A stretch of 24,498 nucleotides of DNA from a virus (taxonomy: Duplodnaviria > Caudoviricetes), in IMG/VR virus record IMGVR_UViG_3300033076_000816, positions 1-24,498 of that record. One strand, written 5' to 3'. This document shows, one piece after another, positions 14,830 through 24,488 of the stretch. Under the pieces are notes generated by a model. That model was not told the DNA's origin, did not search any database, and saw only the letters and a list, made by a program, of their open reading frames with translations. How positions within the stretch are numbered: position 1 is the stretch's first letter; each line of letters opens with the position of its first letter. Both the position numbers and the translations under genes were made by a program.

Positions 14830-16884
14830 TCACTGCATCTTCCGCCGCTTCTCCATCACGGCACTCTTGCCATACACGCGGTCGACATACTCCTTCACCG
14901 CGTCAGGGTTCTTGTTGAACCACACAATCTGGTTCCTGACGGCATACATCCGCTGCTTACCGAAGGCGCTTGTGTCTATGGGCGGCAATGAACGTATGCC
15001 AGCCCGTGCTAACTCGCGGCCTAATCCGTTCGGAGTCACCCGCTTGTTATTCTCTGGGTCGTAGAGCATCCTCAGGTGGGTATTCAGAACCAGGTCCGGC
15101 TTCTCACTCAGTCCCAGCAACTCCGCCAGCCTGGCCAGCTCTATGTCCATGTTCTCACGGAGGTGAGATACGAAGGCACCTAGCTCACTCTGGCCATGCG
15201 ACACCATCTCCGCCTTCGCACTCGTGACTGGGGCGGGCGATGCCGGGTCAAAACCTGTGAGGTCAACCTTCAATAGCCAGTCAAACAGTGCGGCCTGGCC
15301 TTCCTTTGACTTATACCACTTGTCATAGATTTGGTACTTCTCACGCGGCGCCTTGCCAACCAGCACACGCCAAATGAAGAAGCGCCGGTCTTTGTCATCG
15401 ATGAAGAATGCGTCAGGATGGTTCGATGTGAAGTAGTAGTTGATGCGGTCAACCACTTCGTATGTAGGGAGATGCTTCATGTTGATCCGCAGCCGCTGCT
15501 GCGTGATGAGTGCCTTCAACTTGTCTGCTTCATGACGTTTGTCGCTGCCAGTGATCTCGTCTCCCATTACAAACTGCTTGCCAACCGCCCATTCATTGAA
15601 GTTCGCGTGCAGCTCGCTGTTGCCTATCTCAGTGAAGTTCTGGCCATAGATCTTCCCGAGTGTGTAGCCAATCAACGACTTCCCGGTGCCTGTCTCTTCT
15701 CCCCACAGCACGACGCTGCTATAAAGCTTCGCGCCTGGGTGCTGGAATGGGTATGCACACCATTGAATGAACCACTTACGCTCTTCTTCATTCATCCCGT
15801 CAAGGATATAGTCGAGGAGCCACAGCCAGGGTGTCACATCTCCGCTACTTGGTTCTACGCCCCATCCTTTCCACAGGTTGTATGCGTTCTCCGGCGTGAT
15901 CTTCTCTTTTCCCGGCTCATAGACGATCGAGGTGACGTTCTTGCGGTTAGCCCATCCCAACCATTCAACTGGCATCTTATGAATGATCTTCTTCATTCCC
16001 TGCTGGGTGGGGATGAACTCTGAAACCTTCTGGTTGACCATCGTCAGATTGGTGAATGTGTCGCGCTTCATCCGGCCACCACTCGAAATGTCGATAATCG
16101 TCTCTTGGTCCATGACCACGGCGAAACGGTTGTTGAAGTTGACCAGCCTGTCGGCGTACTCTAATCCATGGCCATCGAGCAAGATGTCTGGCAGCGCGCC
16201 ACCACTTACCAGGAAATCATCGAGGCCTTGCTTGCTGCCATCGGATGCGGGTGGGAGCGTACAGACTTGGGGCGTAGATCCCAGCTCTAAGAGCTTCTTG
16301 GCCAGCGCCAGTTGCGCCATGGCTACCATCTCATTGTCAGCAGCGTCTGAGTCGAAGATGATATAGACAGTCCTGCCGCGCCATTCAAAGCCTTCGAGTG
16401 GAGGCAACAATGCAACGTTCCTCTTCTTGGCCTGGTACGTCGTCACGCCACCCAGGCCCATACATACGTGTCCCTGCTTGGCAGCGCATGCCGCTTTCAA
16501 CTCGCCTTCGGTGAAGATGATCGGCACAGTCTTATCTGATGCCACGGCCACCCAGTCAATGGGGTGGGGGAGATATACGCGGTTCAGAGAGCCTGGCTCT
16601 TGGGCGTAGCGCTGTGGCTTTGCCAACTGGGCGGAGAAACCGCCTTCTGTCTCGAGGTACCGCACACGGTAGAAACCACTATCAATGCCGTCGGGATCTA
16701 TATAGCGGAGGACAAGAGACTTGAGCGGTTTGAACGATGGATGCAGCTGCGAGGCATCTTCGATAAACTCCATCTTGTTGGCGAGGGCGTCATCCCATGT
16801 CAAGCCTGACGATGCGAGCTTAGCGATGACGAGGTCATCTACGGCGGCTGCTGCTGCCGCTTTCTTCTTTGCGCGCGACATCAT
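14830..16884 (-). CDS. primase-helicase (DUF3854/Toprim-like N-terminus, D5/SF3-type helicase C-terminus)
   Basis: IIFTEGELKA, VYIIFDSD, KQGLDDFL; YNLWKG; Walker A GEETGTGKS, Walker B VMGDE, LKALIT, FTSNH, DRRF. Confidence 0.92.
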   Translation of the reverse strand: MMSRAKKKAAAAAAVDDLVIAKLASSGLTWDDALANKMEFIEDASQLHPSFKPLKSLVLRYIDPDGIDSGFYRVRYLETEGGFSAQLAKPQRYAQEPGSLNRVYLPHPIDWVAVASDKTVPIIFTEGELKAACAAKQGHVCMGLGGVTTYQAKKRNVALLPPLEGFEWRGRTVYIIFDSDAADNEMVAMAQLALAKKLLELGSTPQVCTLPPASDGSKQGLDDFLVSGGALPDILLDGHGLEYADRLVNFNNRFAVVMDQETIIDISSGGRMKRDTFTNLTMVNQKVSEFIPTQQGMKKIIHKMPVEWLGWANRKNVTSIVYEPGKEKITPENAYNLWKGWGVEPSSGDVTPWLWLLDYILDGMNEEERKWFIQWCAYPFQHPGAKLYSSVVLWGEETGTGKSLIGYTLGKIYGQNFTEIGNSELHANFNEWAVGKQFVMGDEITGSDKRHEADKLKALITQQRLRINMKHLPTYEVVDRINYYFTSNHPDAFFIDDKDRRFFIWRVLVGKAPREKYQIYDKWYKSKEGQAALFDWLLKVDLTGFDPASPAPVTSAKAEMVSHGQSELGAFVSHLRENMDIELARLAELLGLSEKPDLVLNTHLRMLYDPENNKRVTPNGLGRELARAGIRSLPPIDTSAFGKQRMYAVRNQIVWFNKNPDAVKEYVDRVYGKSAVMEKRRKMQ

Positions 16885-17279
16885 GCCACCCGCTTCGTAG
16901 CAAGCGAAGAGATGATTTCCTCGATGCCGCGAGCAGGTGGTTTATCGGGGACATGGACCTTGAAGTATTCAGTCAACGCCTCAACGATCAAGTCGACGCG
17001 GAACTCATTGAGTGACGGGCGCCCGGTCTTGTTGCCGCCTGTTGCTTTCTCGAACTCTTTTTGGATATACGAGTTAACGCTGTCTGTCGTCCGCATAGAA
17101 ATAAGTGACGGGCTGCGTTGGATCTTCGACCACAGCTCTCGGCCCTCGGGTGTCCCTGTGAGCCATTCGTAGCGTGTCAAAGGTCTCCGGGCTTCGCGCC
17201 TCGCCACCGCGAAACGGTCTAGTTCAGCCAGAGAATCATTAGGAAAATGTAAGTGCAAGAAGGTTGTTTCTGTGCCCAT
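16881..17279 (-). CDS. hypothetical protein, possible regulator
   Basis: First gene of the leftward arm; GAGGA RBS; ATGA overlap with the primase gene. Confidence 0.7.
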   Translation of the reverse strand: MGTETTFLHLHFPNDSLAELDRFAVARREARRPLTRYEWLTGTPEGRELWSKIQRSPSLISMRTTDSVNSYIQKEFEKATGGNKTGRPSLNEFRVDLIVEALTEYFKVHVPDKPPARGIEEIISSLATKRVA

Positions 17280-17339
17280 AGTGCCAGGTCCTCATCGTTA
17301 TTGTTTCGCACTATAAGCCGAGGAATTTTAGTAAGAAAC

Positions 17340-17665
17340 AAGTTTTCGTTCACGAGGCCTCCGAGAACAGATTATCGGCGAAAATCTGTTCTGTGAAGTT
17401 GTGATTGTGAAGAGTGATAATAATGATTATGATTCAAGGACTTAGGGCTAAGAACTTCGCGGTTCGTTAGGCTGCGAGAACAGAACAGATTATTCGCAAC
17501 TTGGTAGTACTTTTCTTCCCTCTCTTTCCTTATAAAACTCTCTCTTTTTTTTAGAACTAATATATAAATAATCTGTTCTTCTGTTCCACTCAGCTCTAAG
17601 CCCTTTCGTTGACACGAAAACAGAAGAACACTACTCATTTTGTTCTTGTTCTTATTGTTCTCAGC
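17340..17665. repeat. AT-rich region with AGAACAG(ATTATT) repeats in both orientations; candidate replication origin
   Basis: AGAACAGATT 17364-17373 / AATCTGTTCT 17383-17392; AGAACAGATTATT 17482-17494 / AATAATCTGTTCT 17567-17579 flanking a pyrimidine- and AT-rich tract; further AGAACA/TGTTCT copies at 17620-17661. Confidence 0.65.
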
Positions 17666-17731
17666 CCTTTTCGCCGGTGAATTGCCGCCCAAGCAGCGAA
17701 GCGCCGCGTACTTCGTGTTACGATCGCGCGC

Positions 17732-18196
17732 ATGGCCAAACGCAAACACCCTCCGCAGGACGAAGCACCTGGCGCTGAGCGCGAGGCGTCATCGACTTCG
17801 TTGGGAGAGTTGTTCGAGGGCGAGGACCTGGCTGAGGACTTCGTTGCATGGTTGGAAGCGGATGGGCACAAGCAGCCGTTCGTCGACCCACTGAGCGCTC
17901 AGGGCTTGGAACTTCAGGCCAGGTATATACAGCAGGTCGGTGCTGACCCGCTCACAGTTCTCAAGCGCATCTCAATCAATCCATTCTGCAAACCCTCAGA
18001 CCGTGTCACTGCGGCGAAGACCCTCCTCGAATACTCACGCCGCAAGATTCCGTCTCAGTTCGAAGTCTCAGGCAAAGACGGCCAGGCCATCAAGCTTGAT
18101 CGTACGATGCTCTCAGCGCTAAGTCCCAAGGAGTTGGACACACTTGAGAAGCTTCTGCTCAAGGCGGGAGCCGCAGCAGGAGGGCAAGATGCCTGA
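17732..18196 (+). CDS. terS: putative terminase small subunit
   Basis: First gene of the rightward arm; DRVTAAKTLLEY...FEVSGKDGQAI C-terminal pattern typical of TerS-like proteins. Confidence 0.6.
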   Translation: MAKRKHPPQDEAPGAEREASSTSLGELFEGEDLAEDFVAWLEADGHKQPFVDPLSAQGLELQARYIQQVGADPLTVLKRISINPFCKPSDRVTAAKTLLEYSRRKIPSQFEVSGKDGQAIKLDRTMLSALSPKELDTLEKLLLKAGAAAGGQDA

Positions 18197-19661
18197 TGCC
18201 AAGAAACTCGTCGGCGCGCTCCAAGCACTGAAGCAGTCGTTGCGTGAAAGTGCATTGATGCAGTCACTCCCTAAGGTCGAGCAATTCAGTTCTTGGCACG
18301 GGACGCCGTATACCTTCTCCCCCACAGATGCCAATGAGCTGGGAGAATTCCTCGACAGAGCCATCGGCTCAGGTGAAGGTGTCCAAGCCTTCTCATATGG
18401 CCACTACACAACCGGACATAAGCCCTTGGCCATTCAGTACCGTGACAGCCTGGCTGCGAGGAAGGTGCCTTCGCGCCAAGCATATGACAGGGTGACCCGC
18501 GGTGCTTTGCGCCAGGTCTTCCCTGATGCGGCGTACATCCCGCCTCAGCGATTTAACCAGGCCAATGCCAATTCATTGTCGGACATCGGCTCTTGGCTCG
18601 CAGATCCTGATGCTGGGAAGATCTACGACAACATGATGCCCAACCCACAGTGGATGGAGAGATATGTCTTCGCACCAGGGCAGAAGGCAGATGAAGTTGT
18701 TACTTCATTGCCCGAGAATGTAGTTGAAGAAATTCAGAGTGTCGTTGATTCAACCAACCCGAAAGAATGGTTGAGTGGGGACTTGATATCAGAGCTTCGC
18801 GGTATGGCGAAGAGTTACAGGCAAAGTACGCCTAGTCAAATCCGTGGAGCTTTGAACCAACTTTCATCTGCTGAGATTGATCGGATCTTTGCTTCGCGCG
18901 GATTGACGACGCCGCCGACAGGAGCTCTTGCCAAATACTATTCTAAGACTCCACGCTCTGCGCTCTCTGTACTGACTGACCCGGACACATCACCATGGCA
19001 GATGGCTACTGTGAAGATGTTTCCCGGTGTCAGTGATGCGTTGTCTGAAGCCATGGGTATGCCGAAGTGGATGGTGAGCAGCGCCTATCGATCCAGCCCC
19101 ATCTTCACGCTTCTCGGTCGCAACGCGCAGCTTGACCTTGCCAAGGAGATGAGCAACCCTGCCGACCTCGCGCGGCTGCGTTCTTTGTTTGGTGTTGGCA
19201 AGACAATAACTGCGCGAGAGCCAGCTGCCAAGTCGCTGTATGAGGTCGGACACAATGTCTCGCCTGCTGACCTGTGGTTCCTTGACTCACCACTCATTGG
19301 ACAGAAGGACGACTTCATCTCCAAGTTCTTAGAAGCTGGGAGCGCAATGTCTCCTGCTTTCGGTAAGCGCTCGGCACTACGCAACACAGGCCATGACACA
19401 TACAACTGGTTGAAGAGCGTAGACACGCAGGGGGGTCCTGGGTTGTCATCACCACGCTTTTCTTCACAGCGCAACGCAGAGATTACAGACTTCCTCAAGA
19501 AGGCCGATGTGCCAGGCGCTATGTTCCTGCGTGCCGGGCGCCGTGACTTTGATTCTGTGCTCAAATCTCCATTCAATGTGGATGACTACAACTTCGTGAC
19601 GTACGATCCATCAGTCACCAGTATCCTTGACCGCTACCAACGCGGAGGCTTGGTGCAATGA
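18189..19661 (+). CDS. protein with a split ADP-ribosyltransferase-like (polyvalent-protein type) domain
   Basis: N-terminal WHGTP..F...IGSGEGVQAFSYGHY and C-terminal VPGAMFLRAG...NFVTYDP...ILDRY match the two halves of a domain common in phage polyvalent proteins; GGAGG RBS before the ATG at 18189. Confidence 0.6.
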   Translation: MPDAKKLVGALQALKQSLRESALMQSLPKVEQFSSWHGTPYTFSPTDANELGEFLDRAIGSGEGVQAFSYGHYTTGHKPLAIQYRDSLAARKVPSRQAYDRVTRGALRQVFPDAAYIPPQRFNQANANSLSDIGSWLADPDAGKIYDNMMPNPQWMERYVFAPGQKADEVVTSLPENVVEEIQSVVDSTNPKEWLSGDLISELRGMAKSYRQSTPSQIRGALNQLSSAEIDRIFASRGLTTPPTGALAKYYSKTPRSALSVLTDPDTSPWQMATVKMFPGVSDALSEAMGMPKWMVSSAYRSSPIFTLLGRNAQLDLAKEMSNPADLARLRSLFGVGKTITAREPAAKSLYEVGHNVSPADLWFLDSPLIGQKDDFISKFLEAGSAMSPAFGKRSALRNTGHDTYNWLKSVDTQGGPGLSSPRFSSQRNAEITDFLKKADVPGAMFLRAGRRDFDSVLKSPFNVDDYNFVTYDPSVTSILDRYQRGGLVQ

Positions 19662-21235
19662 ACCAGGCAGTTAGTCCTGCGATCCTGTTGTCGGCGATCC
19701 GCGCCGAGCGCGAGATGCGTAACATGGAGACCTCACTCGCTGAGTTCGCCAAGCAGGCATGGAAGATCCTCGAACCAAGCACTGAGCTGAAGTGGGGCTG
19801 GGCGCTTGATGCCATCTGCGAGCACCTCGAAGCTGTGACTGATGGTGAGATCACGCGGCTGCTGATGAACGTTCCGCCTGGGTCGATGAAGTCACTGCTG
19901 ACAGGCGTGCTGTGGCCGGCGTGGGAGTGGGGACCGAAGAAGCTTAGTGGACTGCGCTACCTGTCAACTGCCCACAAGCAGGACTTGGCGGTACGAGATA
20001 ACCTCAAGTGCCGCCGCCTCATTATGAGTCCCTGGTTCCAAGAGCGATGGACTGTGAACCTGGTCGGCGACCAGAACGCCAAGACCAAGTTCGAGAATGA
20101 CAAGACAGGGTTCCGCGAGGCGATGTCCTTCACATCAATGACTGGCTCGCGTGGAGACAGAGTCATCCTTGATGATCCGTTGTCTGTTGACGACGCGACG
20201 TCGGACCAAGCGCTTGCCAACGCAGAGACTACGTTCCGTGAAGCACTGCCTACCCGCGTTAACAACGACGAGTCGGCCATCGTCGTCATCATGCAGCGCC
20301 TGCATGAGAAGGATACGTCAGGCATTATCATCAACGAGCGGCTTGGTTATGAGCACTTGATGCTGCCCATGCGGTTCGAAGAAGCCAGGCGTTGCAAGAC
20401 AAGCATTGGGTTCGTTGATCCCCGTAAGACCGAAGGCGAGCTGATGTTCCCTGAGCGGTTCAGTGAGCGCATGGTTGAAAGCCTTGAGCGTACACTGGGA
20501 ACGTACGCGACGGCTGGCCAGTTGCAACAGCGTCCCTCTCCAGCAGGTGGCGGTATACTCAAGATCAAGTTCTTTAAGCTGTGGCCTGCTGGCAAACCGT
20601 TGCCACTCATGCAACATGTCGTGCAGAGCTACGATACGGCGTACACCAAAGACACGATGAACGACCCCACCGCGCACACAGCGTGGGGAGTCTTCGAGCA
20701 TGGTGGAGCGATGAATGCCGTGCTGCTTGATGCATGGGCTGAGCACTTGGAATCTCCCGAGCTGCGTCGCCGCGTCATCAAGGACTGGCATGCTGAGTAT
20801 GGTGGGACTCCGGGCAACGCACTGCTGAAGCCGCGCAAGGCGGACGTGGTCCTTGTCGAGAAGAAGTCATCGGGGCAATCACTGCTCCAAGATCTTCGCC
20901 AGGCCCGTGTGCCATGTGTCCCATACGAGCCGGCAGGTAACGACAAAGTGGCGCGCGCCAGGAACGTAGCGCCTATCCTCGAGCTTGAATGCATCTGGAT
21001 CATTGAGAGCAACAAGGATGCAGGCCAGGCAGTCAAGTGGGCAAGGCCGTTCTTGTCACAGGTTGAGCGGTTCCCGAATGATGAGAACGATGACTACGTC
21101 GACACGTTCACACAAGCCATGATCTACCTGCGCGACAGTGGGTGGTTAGAGATGCCGCAGGCAGATCTTGAACCTGTTGCCGAGGTCGACTACTATAAAC
21201 AGAAGCAGCTGCTGCAGAATCCATACGGGGTGTGA
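19658..21235 (+). CDS. terL: terminase large subunit
   Basis: RLLMNVPPGSMKS (Walker A), TGSRGDRVILDDP (Walker B), VIMQRLHEKD, QQRPSP; nuclease SYDTAY, VLVEKKSSG, DDYVDTFTQA. Confidence 0.96.
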   Translation: MNQAVSPAILLSAIRAEREMRNMETSLAEFAKQAWKILEPSTELKWGWALDAICEHLEAVTDGEITRLLMNVPPGSMKSLLTGVLWPAWEWGPKKLSGLRYLSTAHKQDLAVRDNLKCRRLIMSPWFQERWTVNLVGDQNAKTKFENDKTGFREAMSFTSMTGSRGDRVILDDPLSVDDATSDQALANAETTFREALPTRVNNDESAIVVIMQRLHEKDTSGIIINERLGYEHLMLPMRFEEARRCKTSIGFVDPRKTEGELMFPERFSERMVESLERTLGTYATAGQLQQRPSPAGGGILKIKFFKLWPAGKPLPLMQHVVQSYDTAYTKDTMNDPTAHTAWGVFEHGGAMNAVLLDAWAEHLESPELRRRVIKDWHAEYGGTPGNALLKPRKADVVLVEKKSSGQSLLQDLRQARVPCVPYEPAGNDKVARARNVAPILELECIWIIESNKDAGQAVKWARPFLSQVERFPNDENDDYVDTFTQAMIYLRDSGWLEMPQADLEPVAEVDYYKQKQLLQNPYGV

Positions 21236-21236
21236 C

Positions 21237-24200
21237 ATGCCTAAGATGACGCCTTCATGGTTGCGGGACTTGGTTCAACGCCTTGAGCACATCCAGCCCA
21301 TGGACATGACCAAAGCCCAGGGCCAGCAACTGCGTGCCATGCGCGACGCCGCCAACCTCTCAGAGCGAAGCGCTTTGGAGCGCGGACTGTCACACGATGA
21401 GAGCGCGCAGAGCATGATACGCGCAGCGCTTAACCGTTCGATCGCGGCCAATAAGTTTGATGATGTTGACCCACGCTTGATACTTCTGCCTTCCGGCACG
21501 CCTGCTGCACCCAAGGCCTCCGTCGCTTCGGTGCATACTGTCGGAGCCGAAGCTGGTCTTCCTGAAAACAGCCTCTACATCGAAACGCTTGGCTCTACAG
21601 TGCCTGGTGGTGGGACCGCAGTACTCAAGTCACTCGCTGACCAGTACCCGGATTTTCCGATCTTCCTTAATTCACTCGAAGACCCAGCCACACTCCAGTT
21701 TTACAAGAAGCGTGGATTCATTCCGCAAGATCCACTCGACTACCCGGAACTTCCCTCTCACCTCCCGCTCTTCGTCTTGCCAGAAGGCCGCAAGCTCAAC
21801 TACGCAGACGGCGGAACTGTCAAGAAAGTCTCAGGTGGTCTGCGCCAGCTCTATGAACTATTGAATGACACCATGAAGCCGAAAGATGCGGCCACTGCAT
21901 TCAGTCGTGGATTGCGGGTGAGTGGTACTGCGCCTGCCTGGTTCGAACAACACAGGCCCGAGTTGATCGCGAAGGCGTTGAAGGACCCGGACAACTTGAT
22001 CGTTGGCTTGCCTAAGAAAGAAGACATCGACCATGCACTGCAGTTGATGAGCGGATCCAGGGCTGAGGACTTGGCGGCATGGTCTGCCAATGGGGATGGC
22101 GAACGAGCTGCTGCACTCACAGGTCTTCGCCCGTGGGACGGCGGGCAAATGCTGCAGGCTCCATACGTACTTGCCAGGCCTGTCGATGAGAAGCTGCTCT
22201 CGATTGGCGGAGAGCATGATGGCAGGCACCGGCTGCTGAGTGCTGCGCTCAGCGATGAAGGTTCTGCGTTGCAGCTGTTGCCCGCGACTGACAGGTCCCT
22301 CAGCGATTATCGTGGATCCATGGTCCGCGTCGAGTCTCCCTTCGACTTTGACTCGCGCGACTTCGGCGGAGAGGAAGGTCCTCCATTCTCTTACCTCTTC
22401 CGCAACACCTACGCAGATGGCGGGAAGGTTGCTGACCAGACGAAATACCGCGGGACGCCTGATCCAGGTGTGCATCTGAAAGAAGGAAAACCTGTTGATG
22501 TCCGCTCTGCATTCGAAAACCTCAAGCGTGGATTCAAGAACTGGGTGCCTGACGCCGCCGGCTTCTTCTCAATGGCTGACCCCATTGACTGGGGCAGTGA
22601 TGCTGTCCGTTGGATGGCGAAGAAGTACCTTGAACAGCACCCACTGGCCGAGCAACACGGTGTGATGGGCGATATTGCCGGCCAGGAATCGACTGGCCTG
22701 GGTGACAAGGTCCGCGCGCTTGTTGGAGGTTCAGACCTTGTTGCCGAGAACATGGATCGTGCTTCTCAGGTGCAGCGGCAGAACCCAGGACCCCTCAACT
22801 TCGGTGAGATTGCCCGTTTCTCGAACCCTGCTTTCTGGATGAGTCCCGCAAAACTGGCGCAGAAAGCCAACACGGAGACCGGCCAGAAGATGATCGGAGC
22901 GCTTGCTGCCATGCACGGAGTTCCGTTGGATGCGTCGATGGCCGGAATCATCAAGCCGAAGGGTGGTAACTGGTTAAACGGCGTGGTAGAGAATCAGTTG
23001 GCCAATCTGAAAACACCGCAGCCGACTCGTGCGTGGAACCCGGACGAAGCGCAATCACCCATCAATACCTGGATCGACAAGCAGCTCACCCGCTACGTGA
23101 AGAATGACCTTGGTACTGAGGGCGATCCTCTTCGCGCTCTTGCTGAAGAACAGGGCATCTCGCTCGTACCACTGCAGCCGACAAACTATGCGCTTAGCAA
23201 TACACTCCGCAAAAAGCGTGAGGTATCCGGGATGCCGCCCAACTTGCTCGCCAAGACGCCATTGGGTCGCCAGTGGGAGCAGATGGCAGACGCTGCGATA
23301 ACGCCGTACGAAACGCCGTACAAAATTTCTAATCTAAGTAAATCTTCTCGTTCCAGAAATCCCTGGTTGGATAAACTGGAGCCAGGAACACCGGTGTACG
23401 GAACTTCTTCATCTGATGCGTTGGTACTCAACACTAACTTCTCTCACCTCATCGACGAACTCTCCAACGCGATCAACCCCAACAGCGGACTTCCACGCGA
23501 GCTGCAGCTTCGCCCTGAGTCCTTGAGCCGCGTCTCCGTGCCCGACGCCGTTAAGCGCGTGCATGAGATCGGCAAGTGGCGTGAGGCAAAGCAGGCGGAA
23601 GCCAACGCCGGCCTCGCGAACAACACCGCCACGCACTTGGTGCGAGAGTATCCCCACACGCCAGAGATGCCGAACCCGAAGGGATTGAGGTGGGTGGAGT
23701 TGCGCTATCCTTCAGCCCTTCCGGATGGCTACACGGTGAAAAATGAGGGCCAACACGGGTTCCGTGTTTACTCCCCAGAGGGGCGAGAGGTCAGTCGAGG
23801 CAGTCAGCCGTCCGAACAAGCGGCAATTGATGCAATTCTAAAAGACCCAGAGGGGCCGCTCGCTGACGCCCTCAAGTACGAAGGCGACACCATGGGCCAT
23901 TGCGTCGGCGGATACTGCGACGACGTTGCGTCAGGCAGGTCGCGTATCTTCAGCTTGCGCGATGCAAAGGGCGAACCTCATGTGACGATCGAGGTAGGTG
24001 CCCCTGAGAGACACATCGACATGCAGGATGATGAATTTGGATGGGACGCGTTTTTAGAGCAGCACCCTAACGCCGGAAAGTTACCATACGAGGATCAAGT
24101 CAAGGCGTGGGCTGATTGGTCTGGAATGTCGGCGGATGACGTGTTGCAGGCCGGACAACCGGCCCCGCGCATCATCCAAATCAAAGGTAAAGCTAACCGC

Positions 24201-24488
24201 AAACCGAACGACGAATATCTCCCGTTCGTGCAGGACTTCGTGCGTAACCCTCCGCACGGCCAGCCGTGGTCAGATGTCGGAGACCTGGTCCACACGGACC
24301 TGATTGACCTCGCCCGCCAGCCGAAGCGCATGGAGGCTATTGGCAAACGCTTCGTGACAGACAAAGAACTCACCGATTACCTTGACACACTTCCAGATCT
24401 CGGACCCGAGAAGTTTGCCTCAGGCGGCATGGTTCGCACCAGTCGGCAACTTGGTGATATGATTCGGCAACTTTCAGCGGAGGCATGA
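21237..24488 (+). CDS. large polyvalent protein with GNAT-like, ParB-like and PcfJ-like modules
   Basis: Start moved to the ATG at 21237, just after the terL stop. LYIETL...GGGTAVL...QFYKKRGF (GNAT-like), HDGRHR (ParB-like), EGDTMGHCVGGY...IFSLRD...PHVTIEV...QIKGKAN (PcfJ-like). Confidence 0.75.
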   Translation: MPKMTPSWLRDLVQRLEHIQPMDMTKAQGQQLRAMRDAANLSERSALERGLSHDESAQSMIRAALNRSIAANKFDDVDPRLILLPSGTPAAPKASVASVHTVGAEAGLPENSLYIETLGSTVPGGGTAVLKSLADQYPDFPIFLNSLEDPATLQFYKKRGFIPQDPLDYPELPSHLPLFVLPEGRKLNYADGGTVKKVSGGLRQLYELLNDTMKPKDAATAFSRGLRVSGTAPAWFEQHRPELIAKALKDPDNLIVGLPKKEDIDHALQLMSGSRAEDLAAWSANGDGERAAALTGLRPWDGGQMLQAPYVLARPVDEKLLSIGGEHDGRHRLLSAALSDEGSALQLLPATDRSLSDYRGSMVRVESPFDFDSRDFGGEEGPPFSYLFRNTYADGGKVADQTKYRGTPDPGVHLKEGKPVDVRSAFENLKRGFKNWVPDAAGFFSMADPIDWGSDAVRWMAKKYLEQHPLAEQHGVMGDIAGQESTGLGDKVRALVGGSDLVAENMDRASQVQRQNPGPLNFGEIARFSNPAFWMSPAKLAQKANTETGQKMIGALAAMHGVPLDASMAGIIKPKGGNWLNGVVENQLANLKTPQPTRAWNPDEAQSPINTWIDKQLTRYVKNDLGTEGDPLRALAEEQGISLVPLQPTNYALSNTLRKKREVSGMPPNLLAKTPLGRQWEQMADAAITPYETPYKISNLSKSSRSRNPWLDKLEPGTPVYGTSSSDALVLNTNFSHLIDELSNAINPNSGLPRELQLRPESLSRVSVPDAVKRVHEIGKWREAKQAEANAGLANNTATHLVREYPHTPEMPNPKGLRWVELRYPSALPDGYTVKNEGQHGFRVYSPEGREVSRGSQPSEQAAIDAILKDPEGPLADALKYEGDTMGHCVGGYCDDVASGRSRIFSLRDAKGEPHVTIEVGAPERHIDMQDDEFGWDAFLEQHPNAGKLPYEDQVKAWADWSGMSADDVLQAGQPAPRIIQIKGKANRKPNDEYLPFVQDFVRNPPHGQPWSDVGDLVHTDLIDLARQPKRMEAIGKRFVTDKELTDYLDTLPDLGPEKFASGGMVRTSRQLGDMIRQLSAEA

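Noticed and set aside
17305-17345. Leftward promoter for the primase operon (TATAGT -10)
   Set aside because: The -10 is plausible, but no acceptable -35 or family motif lies at 17-nt spacing, so it is too weak to list.
17372-17749. 125-aa minus-strand ORF across the intergenic region
   Set aside because: Low-complexity translation of the repeat and AT-rich tract, no RBS, and it overlaps the terS start.
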